From positions 1-64,000 of the forward strand of contig NW_026250447.1 in assembly GCF_024521635.1 (NCBI RefSeq): a stretch of 64,000 bases of DNA, read 5' to 3'. Origin of the DNA: Tricharina praecox (taxonomy: Eukaryota). The notes beneath the pieces were generated by a model. The model did not search any database, was not told the DNA's origin, and saw only the letters and a list, made by a program, of their open reading frames with translations. Of the stretch, positions 37,280 to 49,000 are shown one piece after another; position 1 is the stretch's first letter, and every line of letters begins with the position of its first letter. The position numbers and the translations under genes were made by a program.

Positions 37280-40200
37280 TCGTCTCCCTCCCAACTTTCC
37301 TTTTACTTCTCTCTTCATACTTCTCTCTTCATACTTCACTTCACACTACACCTTTTACTCCCAATACCTGCACTCACAAGTACATCATCCGTCACAAACC
37401 CTTCGGTGGTATAGCCCCCCCCCTCCATACCATCAACCAAACAAAACATTCATCACCCGCATCCCAATACCCCAATCTGAGCTCTCAAGATGGCAACGAG
37501 ATGTCTGTGAGTACAGTTCAACCTCGGATGCATTGTTCCAGGCCGACCGCTTTGGGCCCAGTCCTCATTGTCTGCTAACACAACTTCACCACTGGTGCAG
37601 GCTTCCGCAGCCATGCCGCAGCCATGCCGCATCCCCCCAAGCGCCAATGCGCAAGAACAGGGCCAGCATCTTCTGGTCATGCTGCTGGCGTTTGGAGGAG
37701 AAGAAACTCTCCACTTGCGTCACCACACCAGCATCGTCGAGAACACACTCGGTTCGGTCCGGTGTTAGTCTGGGCATCTGGGAAAATCTTCCCGGAGGTT
37801 GGTCCGAAACTTGGGAATAAGTTCCCAAGTTCATTGAAGATTGCTACACTCTTCGCGCCTCCTGACAGCCGAGCAGATCAGTGTTGGGTTTGGGAAACAG
37901 CAAGTTGCCCAACAATGAACCCTGGCTGGGGGGCCGGGCCGAGCACCGGATGGCCACATTGGCACATCCGCGCTGGTCCTCCACCCCAGCCTTTACCTCC
38001 CAGGTCCAAACGGGACCGAGGAGAGGAAGCTCTGCTCCTGGCAGTCAGAGACTGCCCGCCGACCCGAAGGCAGATTACTGCCTGGGTCTGGTGAAGAGGG
38101 AGGAGGCGGTCTCCTCCAAGCAGTCTGCGACTGCTCACCGATCCAAAGGCAGGTTACTGCCAGGGTCTGGTGAAGCGGCAGGGGAAGCGCCCCATGAGGC
38201 CGGGGCCCAAGAAGCCTGCGAAGCGTGGTCGGATAGAGCCGGTATGTTTCATTCCCCCCTCTCTATCTCTCTTCCCTCAACGGTCTAAACGAGTACTAAT
38301 GTCATACAAGTGGGGGCGCGAGACATTTACACGTTTGTTTCCCGCAAACGTGTGGCGAAATACGAGCACGAATCGTTCGAACAAGATGAGAACATGGAAA
38401 CCCATTATGACGTGGGCTGGCCCACGTTACGAAGGAGCAGGCGATCGGGCTGGGGCCCGAGGACTTGCCGGGGCTGCCTATGGGGCTGTTGCAGCAGCGA
38501 CTGGGAGAGCCCGATGAGGCTGGCGTGCAAGGGGGAGGAGAAGGAGGGCCATATGGGGCCGGAGGAGGGGGGGGGGGGGGGGGCATGGGGCCGGTGCGGA
38601 AGGAGGAGGAGGAGGAGGGCCATATGGGGCCGGTGCACAACACGCAAGACCATCCGATGGGGCCGGCTTCGAGGGAAAGGAAGGATCCATGGATGATGGG
38701 GTCGGTGGCCAAGAAAGAAAAACTCGATTCCTATCGGGCCGCCGCACGAGGAAGCGCCGCCGACGACGACGATAAAAGAAGCAGAGCGGTCGTAGCGGAT
38801 AATTCGAATCGATAATCGGGGCAGACCAATAACCGGCGGCGACGCGCTCCTTAAAGAGTACGCTATGTGGTGTATGCTAAGGGTGGTATGAGGGGATCTA
38901 TGATCCTAACTACGTATCCCGCCCCCAGGCTCTGCTCACGGTAACGACTGGATGATCGTGCCTCTGACTCTGGATTTGACCGACCGGTCCCGTTTGGGCC
39001 GGTCGAGCTCTCCGCCGGGCAGTCTGTGACTGCCCGGCGTTTCCGAACCCCGATGTTGTCTGGGTCTTGTGAAGATGGAGGGAAAGCGTCGCATGGGGCC
39101 GGCGCCCCGTAGCGCCTGCAGATGGATCTGCAGGTCCGGCAGCCGAAAAAACCTGTTGTGCCGATCTAAGGAGCGCCGGATAGGGAGTCCATGAACGAAC
39201 TATGGAACTATCTACGATACAAAAACTTCCCTTCGCGCCGCAGAACATCGACACGACCATATTTCGTCGTCCCTCCGGCCCTGCGAAGAGACCGGTCCGA
39301 CGTTTCGTCGGCTGCTCCGGCAAGTCATTGCCGCTCGACTTTTGCCCCCCGCCGGTCCCGTTAGGACCAGTGAAGCTCCCCTCCTAGCAGTCATAGACTG
39401 CCTACCGTTCCGAGCCCAGACACTGTCTGGGTGTCGAGCGGAAGGGAGGGGAGCGCCCCGTGGGGCTAGCGGATGCCTCCGCGACCCCTATTTATCCTTC
39501 CCCGTGCGTTTGCCCGCAATCGGGAGAGGTTCTTCCCACATCTATTCTAGATGATGGTAAGCCTCGCCGACCTCCCCTATGACCGCTCGTACATATGCTG
39601 ATATGAGATAGGGCACAATTTGGGCTTACTAGTACTGTGGTTGGCCGAGGGGCGAGATATCGCCCCTCGACCTTGTCCCCCGGTCCCGATGGGGCCGGGC
39701 ATGCTCTCCTCCTGGCAGTCTGAGACTGCCTACCGTTCCGAGCCCAGACAATGTCTGGGTCTTGGGCGGAAGGGAGGAGGAGCGTCCAGATTGCGATCGA
39801 AACTCACAGCCCCGGTAATTGCTCAACCGATGGATCAGACGGCAGTTCCACAAACCCCTCCGAACGTGAGCCGTCACATTCCGACCAACAACAATGGATG
39901 GAGTCAGACTCAGTCGCCAATCAAGGAAGCGAGTGTTCATCACACTGCTAGCAACAATAATGGATGTGGTGATACCCCGTCTCCAACCAAGGAAGAGAGT
40001 GTTCATAGCAACAATAATTGCTGGAACCAGGTCTCATCTCCAACCCAGTCCAGCAAGGGCAAGGGCAAGAAGCCGGTGTGGAACTCGGATGGCCCGGGAA
40101 AGCCGGAGCCTAGAGCTCAGAAGCAATACTGGGGTGACGACAACAATGACGAATAGTACGGCACTGTTGAACCGGGACTGAGAGAGAAGCGAAGAAGAAA

Positions 40201-40300
40201 TTTTGGTGGTGGTGGCTTCTCTTCTCTACTTCTCTTTTCATCTCCCGGTCTTCAGTCGTGAGTACCTTTTGTTTCATTTCCTTTTTTCTGTTCATTTCTT
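37280..40300 (+). other. Spliced locus without a continuous ORF (structured lncRNA or decayed repeat-protein gene)
   Basis: Four canonical-looking introns (37507-37600, 38242-38310, 38858-38928, 39557-39611), fragmented ORFs, five repeated fold-back modules and a T-rich 3' region after 40160. Confidence 0.5.
38031..39783 (+). repeat. Five dispersed ~80-nt modules with an invariant GCAGTC-N3-GACTGC hairpin
   Basis: Copies at ~38031-38105, 38110-38185, 39007-39087, 39375-39454 and 39703-39783; GCAGTC begins at 38041, 38120, 39019, 39387 and 39715. Confidence 0.9.
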
Positions 40301-41700
40301 TTCTTTTCTCCGAGTGCTACGAGCATTCATGTTAATGCTTTCCCTTCCTTTCCTTTTGAAAACTTGATTTCATTGTTGCGTTTCCTTCATTTGTTGTTTT
40401 CTTCTATCTTGCGAAGTTTATACATATTTGTTTACCTTCGTTGGTGCGGTGTCCAGCCTTTAAAGTATTTGCTACGTGACTGTACCTATGATATTTGTCT
40501 TTATCCTTGCTCTCGATTCGATTTTCTCTCCATAGGCACAAATTGTCTGCCAACAACTTCTGCATAGGTAGTCCAATCGAGTGATATTAGGTGAACAAGT
40601 AGCCAGTACGTACTTTCCGACCGTTCCACCCACGATCACAGGGACGGATGGATTACTCTCATCGGCGATTACGAGGCAATACTCTTCCCAATATGTAGAT
40701 ACATAGTCGGATGTGACGGCCGGAGGCTGGACATGGTGCCACTGACGATCTCCGACGCGTGCGTGCGTGCCATGCCTGCATGTTTTGCTCTCGTGGTCCG
40801 AGCTCCACGTCAAGTGACACGGTTTGGTGGCACCGGAACGTAATGAAAGTCTTCGGGGCCCGTGACCGATAGCTTTCGATACGAAGTTGGGCAGATGAGG
40901 AAACTCCCCGGATTGACTGACAGGTAAGACGGCCCGGACGAGCTGGGGTACCTATACCTACTTACTTAGCTGTGTAGTTGTTTCCGAACGTCAGCTCGTA
41001 ACTATGTACGGCCGGTGACCCGTCCCCCGGGGTGGAGCGGAGATCAGGGCTCTACATAGTCTTGACGAATCATCTGGACGAACGAAAGTCGCACGGATGG
41101 TCTGCTGGTCGGTCGGACTGTCGGACATGGCCATTGGCGATACGATTCTCCTGCAGATGCGCCAAGAAAATGTGAATGCGGGGCAGCCATCAAATCACCG
41201 GAAAGTATAAAGTTAACCCAGACTCCTCGACTCCTTCACGTACGAGACGGACACTCTTCGCGACATCTATTGCGATCGATCAATCAATCAGTCCGAGACG
41301 AAGAATGACAAGGTGAATTGATCTCTTCTCTCTCTATTTGGCTTCATTCTGTGATGGTTTCTTAGTCGCGCACTAAGACTGACTAATGCCCCCCACTGTC
41401 CCTGAGCGAGGAGCTGATCCCTGTCCGTCCCCCCCCCCCCCCCCCGCAATAGTGACTGGGATGGGAATAGCTCAGAAGAGAGCTCCCTAACCACGAAACT
41501 GTCTCGCTCTCCTTCTCATCCTTCTGTGCCTCTCCCCTCCGTGTCTCTTCACTCCCCTCCATCGTCTATCTCCATCTCTCGATTCCTGACTCCAACTCAC
41601 TCACTGTCCGTATCCCAGCTCTTACTGCCACCACGACCACTCTTCCTCGGGCTCGCATTTCCTCCCCAACTCCCAGCCACTCCAGCAAGTAATCGCCAGC

Positions 41701-44700
41701 ATGGGCGGCGGCGGCAAGCCCACCTCGGCGGAGACCGGCTACCCCCAGTTGAACTTCACGCCCAAGGGTGCCCAAATCCGCGATATCTATCAGAGCCGCA
41801 TCCGTAACTTCACCGCTACCGGCCAGTACCAGCATGTCAACCTCCGCTCCATGTTCGTTGCCGACAAGGAGGATGGAAAGGAATTCGTCAAGCTGGAGAC
41901 CTGGGCTGCGTCGGGGCAGGATAGGCCGACTTTCGAGGAGGCTGTGAAGGGTGTGTGCTTTTTTGTGTTTATTATCGATTGCCTAATTGCTATGAGGTGA
42001 TGAGGGAGCTGTGCTAATGAACGTCTTCTTCTTCGAGACAGGTACCTTCAAGCCCACTGGCAAACACGCCAGCTTCGGCCCCTCGTGGTCCACGCACTGG
42101 TTCCGCGTAACGATGACGGTTCCCGAGCGGATGAAGCACCATGAACGCGTACAATTCAACTGGGATAGCAACTCGGAGGGCATGATCTGGACCGAGGATG
42201 GCGACGCCGTGCAGGGACTTACCGGAGGCGGCGAGAGGGTGGAGTGGATCTTCCCACAGCAGTGGAAGGATGATGGAAAGACGCATGTCTTTTACGTCGA
42301 GATGGCCTGCAATGGAATGTTTGGAAATCCGACTGGGGGTATGTGCTTTTTTCTCTGTGTCTTGTGGTGAGTGGCGGAGAAGGAGCTATAGTGGGCTGAT
42401 GCGGATGCGTATAGGTGATACGATCCAGCCGCCGAATCCGAGTAGGACATTCCAGCTCGTTCAGGCCGACATCATTGCCCCGAACCTCGAGGCGGTGGCC
42501 TTGCACATCGACATCTGGATCATCGGAGATGCATCGAGGGAATTCCCTCACGACTCATGGGTAGGCGCTCAAAAATATTTTGGCTATGGAAAATACTAAT
42601 AATTTGCAGGAGGCGCATACCGCTACCCAAGTGTGTAACGAAATCGTCAATACCTTCATACAAGGCGACCAGGAGAGTATCAAGAAGTGCCGGCAAATTG
42701 CGGCGAAATACCTCGGCGACAAGGTCTCTTCGGCAGATGTCTACAAAACTGGGAATACACCGCTGGTGTTTGGAACCGGTCACTGTCACATCGATACGGC
42801 ATGGCTGTGGCCGTTCGATGAGACGAAGCGTATGTTCCTCGGCTACCACTCCAAATGAATAGCGACTGACGGGTTATTACAGGCAAGGTCGCTCGGTCGT
42901 GGGCTTCGCAGTGCAATCTGATGGACATGTATCCGGAACACCGATTTACCTGTTCATCGGCCCAGCAGTACAAGTGGCTCGAGAAGCTTTATCCCAAGAC
43001 TTTCGAACGAGTCCGCGAGAAGGTGCACGAGGGCAAGTTTCAGTACATCGGCGGCAGTTGGGTTGAGCACGACACCAACATGCCGAGCGGAGAGAGCTTA
43101 TCTCGTCAGTTTATTCTCGGCCAGCGATACTTCCAGAGCCGGTTCGGAGCTAGATGTACCACTTTCTGGCTGCCCGACACCTTTGGTTATAGCGCTCAGC
43201 TGCCTCAACTCTGTCGGCTGTCGGGAATGACGAGGTTCTTCACTCAGAAACTATCATGGGTGAGATGGACTTGCATAATCCCCGAATCACTGAATTGAAA
43301 CGGACTGCTGACGGTTTGCTCTCAGAATAATGTCAACACCTTTCCGCACAGCACTTTCAATTGGATCTCGCTTGATGGGAGTCAGGTTCTGTGTCACATG
43401 CCACCAAGTGAGACGTACACCGCCGATGCACACTTTGGCGACGTTAGGCGCTCCATGACCCAGCATAAATCCTTGGATCAGGACAACACATCTCTCCTCG
43501 TCTTTGGGAAAGGTGACGGCGGAGGAGGACCAACTATGGAGCATCTAGAGAAGCTGAGGAGGTGCCGCGGCATTAGCGACACTGTCGGATTACTTCCCCG
43601 CGTCCATATGGGAACTTCGGTCGACGAGTTTTTCGGCAACCTGGAGAAGAAGGAGGCTGCCGGTAATAAGTTCGTCACCTGGTACGGCGAGCTGTACCTA
43701 GAGTTCCACCGCGGAACGTACACCACCCAGTGCAAGAACAAGAAGGGCAACCGCCGGTCGGAGGTCCTGATGAAGGATCTCGAGATGTTGGCTGCCTATG
43801 CCAGTGTTCAGACCGACTATGTGTACCCAAAGCAGGAGATTGATGACATGTGGGAGGACGTCTGCTTGATGCAATTCCACGATTGTCTCCCGGGAAGCTG
43901 CATCGAGATGGTTTATCGCGACACCGATCGGATGTATGCCAACATCTTCAAGCAGGGTGCGCGAATCATCGACGAGGCATCGGAAGCACTTGGGTATCTG
44001 TCGAAGCCGGGGGCTGACACCGTGCCCCGGATCATCAACACCCATCCCTGGCCGCGTACCGAGGTCATCAAAATCCCCAAAGCTGCGGTTGCGAACGGTC
44101 AGTTCTACCAGCAATCGATCGACGGTGGCGACGATACCTACATTCTGGCAAAGGATGTTCCGGGCACTGGAGCTGGTGACATTATCTCCGCCGCCGATGC
44201 TACCTTCTCTTGCGCCACGGCCAGGGAGGAAACGAACGGAATGTTCATTCTCGAGAACGGCACGATCAAGGCTACGATTGTGGGTGGTTCCATCGTCAGT
44301 TTGATCTTCCTTCCGCAGAACCGGGAGGTTATCCCTCAGGGCAAGAAGGCCAATCAGCTAGTCATTTATGACGACAAGCCGATTTACTGGCAGGCATGGG
44401 ATGTCGAAGTCTACCACTTTGAGTGAGTACCCCTTCTCCTCCGTTACGGGGTCAGGACTAACTATGGACGATAGGACTCGTGAAGAGCTTCCCCGCGGCG
44501 ACGTTACGATTCTCGAGGCCGGACCACTTCGTGCGGCGCTGTCGGTCAAGACGAAGATCTCTGCGAAGAGTTGGATTAAGACAACCATCTCTCTGGACGC
44601 CGCTGTCCAAGGCGCCGGTAACATGCTCATGTTCGATTCTGAGATCGAGTGGCAGGAGACGATGAAGTTCTTGAAAGTGGAGTTCCCCGTCGACGTCGTC

Positions 44701-45405
44701 AACACGGAAGCCACCTACGAGACCCAATACGGGGTGCTGAAGCGACCCACCCACTACAACACCACCTGGGACATGGCTCGTTTCGAGGTCTGCTGTCAGA
44801 AGTGGGCCGACCTGTCGGAGCACGGCTTCGGGGTGTCGATCCTCAACGACTGCAAGTACGGCTTCGCCACCGCCGGAAACGTGATGCGGCTCTCCCTCAT
44901 CCGCGCTCCGAAGGCCCCCGACGCCCATGCCGACATGGGACGCCACACCTTCCGCTACGCCATGTACCCGCACAACGACATCGTCGGCGAAGCCACCGTT
45001 CGCACCGCCGCGGACTTCAACAACCCCCTGAAACTCAACCACGTCCTCCGCAGCAACGCCGACCGCGCCCACGACCTGCTCAACGCCGTCGCCGTCACCA
45101 AGCACTCGAGCGTCATCCTGGACACCGTCAAGCGCGGGGAAGACGACGAGGTCATCTCACTCGGCGGCTTGCCGACGCGCAGCGGCAACAGCGTCATCCT
45201 GAGACTGTATGAGAGTCTCGGCGGGAGAGCGAGCACGTCGATTAAGACCAAGCTGCCCGTAAAGAAGGTCTTTAAGACTAATCTCCTCGAGGATGACCTG
45301 GAGGAACTGGAGTTCCAGGAGGTTGAGGTTAATGGTGAGACTACTAAGGAGGTCGAGCTCGTTCTCAGGGCGTTTGAGGTCGTGACTGTTAGGTTGCAGT
45401 TGTAG
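41701..45405 (+). CDS. AMS1: GH38 cytosolic/vacuolar alpha-mannosidase; 7 exons
   Basis: Motifs [82 protein letters not shown] and RLYESLGG. Introns 41951-42041, 42339-42414, 42561-42609, 42830-42882, 43260-43325 and 44423-44474. Confidence 0.96.
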
Positions 45406-46094
45406 GTGGATGGGATGCAGCGGGAAAGGGGGTGTCTTTGTCTTTATACTTGCTTGGTTTTGCGTTTTTGTTTTATTGATGGATTTGATGAGATCGATGA
45501 TTATGAGAGGGGATGATCATGAGGGGACGATTATGGGAAGGGATGGTTGGGATGTACTTATGAAGGGGGTTTATGCGGTTTTTGTACTCGTGTGGTTATA
45601 TCGAATGAAGACTGCCACTCTGGTTGTCACGATGGCTCTTGAAGGATCACAATGGGTTGTATTAATCTTCTTTCCAGTATGTAGTTCTGTCACACCTAGT
45701 GACACTGATTGGCGCAGGGCCACTCTGCTTTTCGCACACCTCATATATTCCGTATCACTCGGAATCTGTCACTAAGGTCCCCGCTCCAAACACCAAACAC
45801 CACTCCATACATACACGTTTTGGGAGTGATTGGAGTCCGGCAGCTAAGCCAAGCTACGGTAGTAGGCGGAAGTGCGTGTGAATTATGGATTCACGCTCGG
45901 TGGTCATGAAACAGCATTCGCCGCGATCACTGCGATCACTCGAACTCGTGACGCGACACACGTGATGCGAAACATAGGAGATCACTGAGCACGCAGCAGA
46001 TCACGGATAGATCACTCGCGGGACAAACTGCAAGAACGAATGGCATATTTGAGGCTTGCTAGGAAAGCGAATAAACTAGAACGCATACTTAAAC

Positions 46095-49000
46095 TCAAAG
46101 ATAAAACATACTCCTCCTGAGATTCTCATGGACCCCGCGACCCACGCCACCCCACCACGACTCCACATACTTCGCGGCCGACTCCTCAGTCCACGTCGGC
46201 AGCGCCGTCGCTGCCTTAATCGACTTATCATTCGTCAGCATAGCGTACATATAGCATCTCGCGCGCTCGCACGCAATATCGGCGTAATACGCAGGCGTGC
46301 AGACACTGACACTCCTATTCGCGCGCGCAAAGTTGTAGCTAAGGTAGTACGTCATCTTCTGCAGGTCGTCGACGTCGAGGCGGTTATCGTCGACGAGGAC
46401 GTAGTAGTGGCAGGGCCGCGCGGTCCCGCGAATCCCCTGGTGCGCTTGCAGGAAAAAGTCGAAGTCGTACGGGTCCGTGATCGCACGGTCCACCACCGTC
46501 CCTGGCGAGGGGTTGCCGTTCCGCGGGTCCATGTGTGTCTTGCTGGACGGGTAGAAACGTGTGTGGTGCCGCTTGCCGACGATGATAAGGGTCAGCCGGA
46601 TCACTGGCGCGTTCGGCCCTTGCAGTTGCCGTGATACGTCCAGGCACGCTTTGCGGATCTGGGGGAGCTCGGTTTTCATCACTGCTGCGTATTGCGACTC
46701 CGATACCCCGTCCCGGTAGAAGAAGATGCGCTTGGGAAGCACGCGTGCTGCCGCGTGGTAGGTGGTGAGGCGCTCACACATCATCTGCTCTAGGTGGGTG
46801 ATCATCTGTGAGGACGAGGTTAGTTGGTAACGTGCGATACGGTGGAAAGGGTATAAATAACTACCTCTTTGCGGCTCTCTTGGGTTCTTATCGAGGCCGG
46901 ATAATTCGTATATTTCGAGTCGTTACTTGCCACGACCGCCGCGATGGAGGGGCAGTGTCGTGCACTCGACGGGCCGGGATGCGTGACATCGGCACCGACA
47001 ATCATGCACTCCTTCGTGCACGCTCCCAATTGGACGTAATGGTTGGTACCGCCGGACTTCAGGTTGAACTTGAGCGCCACATTGGAGGCATACTGCGACC
47101 AGCCCTTGGGATTCTTAATGAACTTGTCTAGCACCGAGCAGACCGTCTGGAAGCCCCAGCGCAGATCGCCGAGCCACTTGATCGCCGCGTACAATGCCAT
47201 GTCGGCCTTTTGAGAGTTTGCGATGACCACGTAGATCAGCGCGATGTTCTTCGCTTTGTCCTTACTGAGCGCCTCGAATTCACGACACAGCGGATTTTCG
47301 GGGTTCTTGTAATCCGTCCAAGTGCGTCCAGACGGAATGGTAATCGGGGTACGTCCATTGTCATAATACGGCAGGTTCGCTCCAACGTTGCGTAGAGCCA
47401 TCATGATCTCGTCTAAGTTCGACTTAAGGTCCTTCGCGTTGAGCTCTCTGTTCCCCAGGTTTAGGACCAGACGCGTCCACACGGGCGCCAAGTTGCCGGC
47501 CGGCGCAGAGAACAGTTTCGTGCCGTGCTTCATGTTCCAGCCGCCGTACACCGGGCGGATCGAGCCCTGCCGGTAAATCACCGACGGTGATTCGAGCACG
47601 CGCATGGGCACGGTAATCATCTCCTTGCCAACGGTGATGCCGAAGCCATCCTACACGCAGTGCAACAATGCAGATGATCAGCAAATCGTGATGACTCGCG
47701 AACCACAGGAATAATTTCGATGATCAAGGAGCACATACGAGAAAACGGTTAGGAACGGTAACGCCGAGATCCGCTAGACCTTCGCTCGTGATTATTTTCG
47801 CGTTTTCAGCGGGTGCCATGCACGCCTGCTTGATCATGGTAGCGGCGAGCCTGGGGTCGAGTCTTCCTCCACCCCTGGGGATCTGCCCGGGAACCACCTC
47901 GAGGAACTCAGGTGGTATCAATAAGGGCATGTTGGCTACCCCCGTGGGGAACAATACACACGGGATAGCCGGAGCCTTCACCTGTGTCCCGTAATCTACA
48001 GATCAATTAGCACCTTGACTCCCGCGTGAGAGCTAATGGAAAGAAGAAGGGCGTGATTTTCGTACGTCTCTGGAATCGGGCCGATATGAGCTCCTGTGTA
48101 TTCAAGTACTTGGTACGTCCGGGATATTGATCGGTAAGCCCATGGACAGTTAAGAGCTGCACCTTCCCACGCGTCTGGTGGTCACTTCGCACATGTAGCC
48201 CCGTGATGAAGGCGATGAGCGCCGGATCCTTCCTCTGGCAAAGCGTTGCAAGCGGAATTGCTGGATTTTGATCTCCCGCCCACCTATCCATCAGACCCAA
48301 TAGATCAAATCTGTGGCTGGTGAATGCGGAAGTGCAGATGTTGACATTCAATGTCAACCCGTGATTCAGGGTTCGGAGGGATGTGAAGAAACCTCGAATA
48401 CAATCGATTCCATTGCTGAGATACATGGCCTTGTTGTCCGACGTGGGGAAGTACTTGTGCTTCCCGATAGTCATCATTGCGATATTGCTGCGCGGAAACT
48501 TTGCCAGGATGATATTCAGTGCTGTGACGCTGTGCTCCAGGTCTCCGATGGACAGGCCAGGAAGCCGTCCGGCAGCATATTCCTTGACTTCGGTAGTGCT
48601 GATCTTTCTTAGTTCATGAAAGCTGAACGTGTACGACTCCACCTTTGTGACGGTTTCATAGTCGACCCTGACATCGAAGGTCAGTTGTTCTTTGCTAACT
48701 ATATGGTCACCAGGAAAGTCCATAGCGGTCTTTTCCGAATATACGCGGAACCTTGGCTCTTTCTCGAATAGCGTAACCAATTGTCGCTTCTTGCGCTTAT
48801 CTCTGACCTCGGGATTGATTTTGATCGCGTAGAGGTAGATTATCGCGTCCCCGATGTCGATGCTGAAGAAGTTTGTGCGGCAGCCGTGCAGACTTCCCGC
48901 CTTGCCGTACGCTGGCCGTCGGACCAGCGGCCGAGCTATTGGGTCCTTGTTTCTTCTCACAAGTTCCTGGTCATCCTTGACCAAGTCGGTGGCTTTGAAT

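Noticed and set aside
39385..39396. TAG codons as A-to-I-correctable stops in module 4
   Set aside because: One TAG aligns to TGG in module 5 but the next aligns to GAG, and neighbouring modules are frameshifted, so editing alone would not restore an ORF.
38031..39783. CRISPR-like array or known hammerhead/HDV ribozymes
   Set aside because: Spacing is irregular, units are long and diverged, there are no cas genes, the context is eukaryotic, and the CUGANGA/GAAA and HDV cores are absent.
37280..40300. Telomerase RNA identity for the structured locus
   Set aside because: No TAACCCTAA-type template is visible on the transcribed strand.
41429..41445. C17 run upstream of AMS1
   Set aside because: An isolated non-coding homopolymer with no supporting evidence of function.
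46270..46300. Argonaute fourth catalytic residue D instead of H
   Set aside because: DEDD is common in filamentous-fungal Argonautes.
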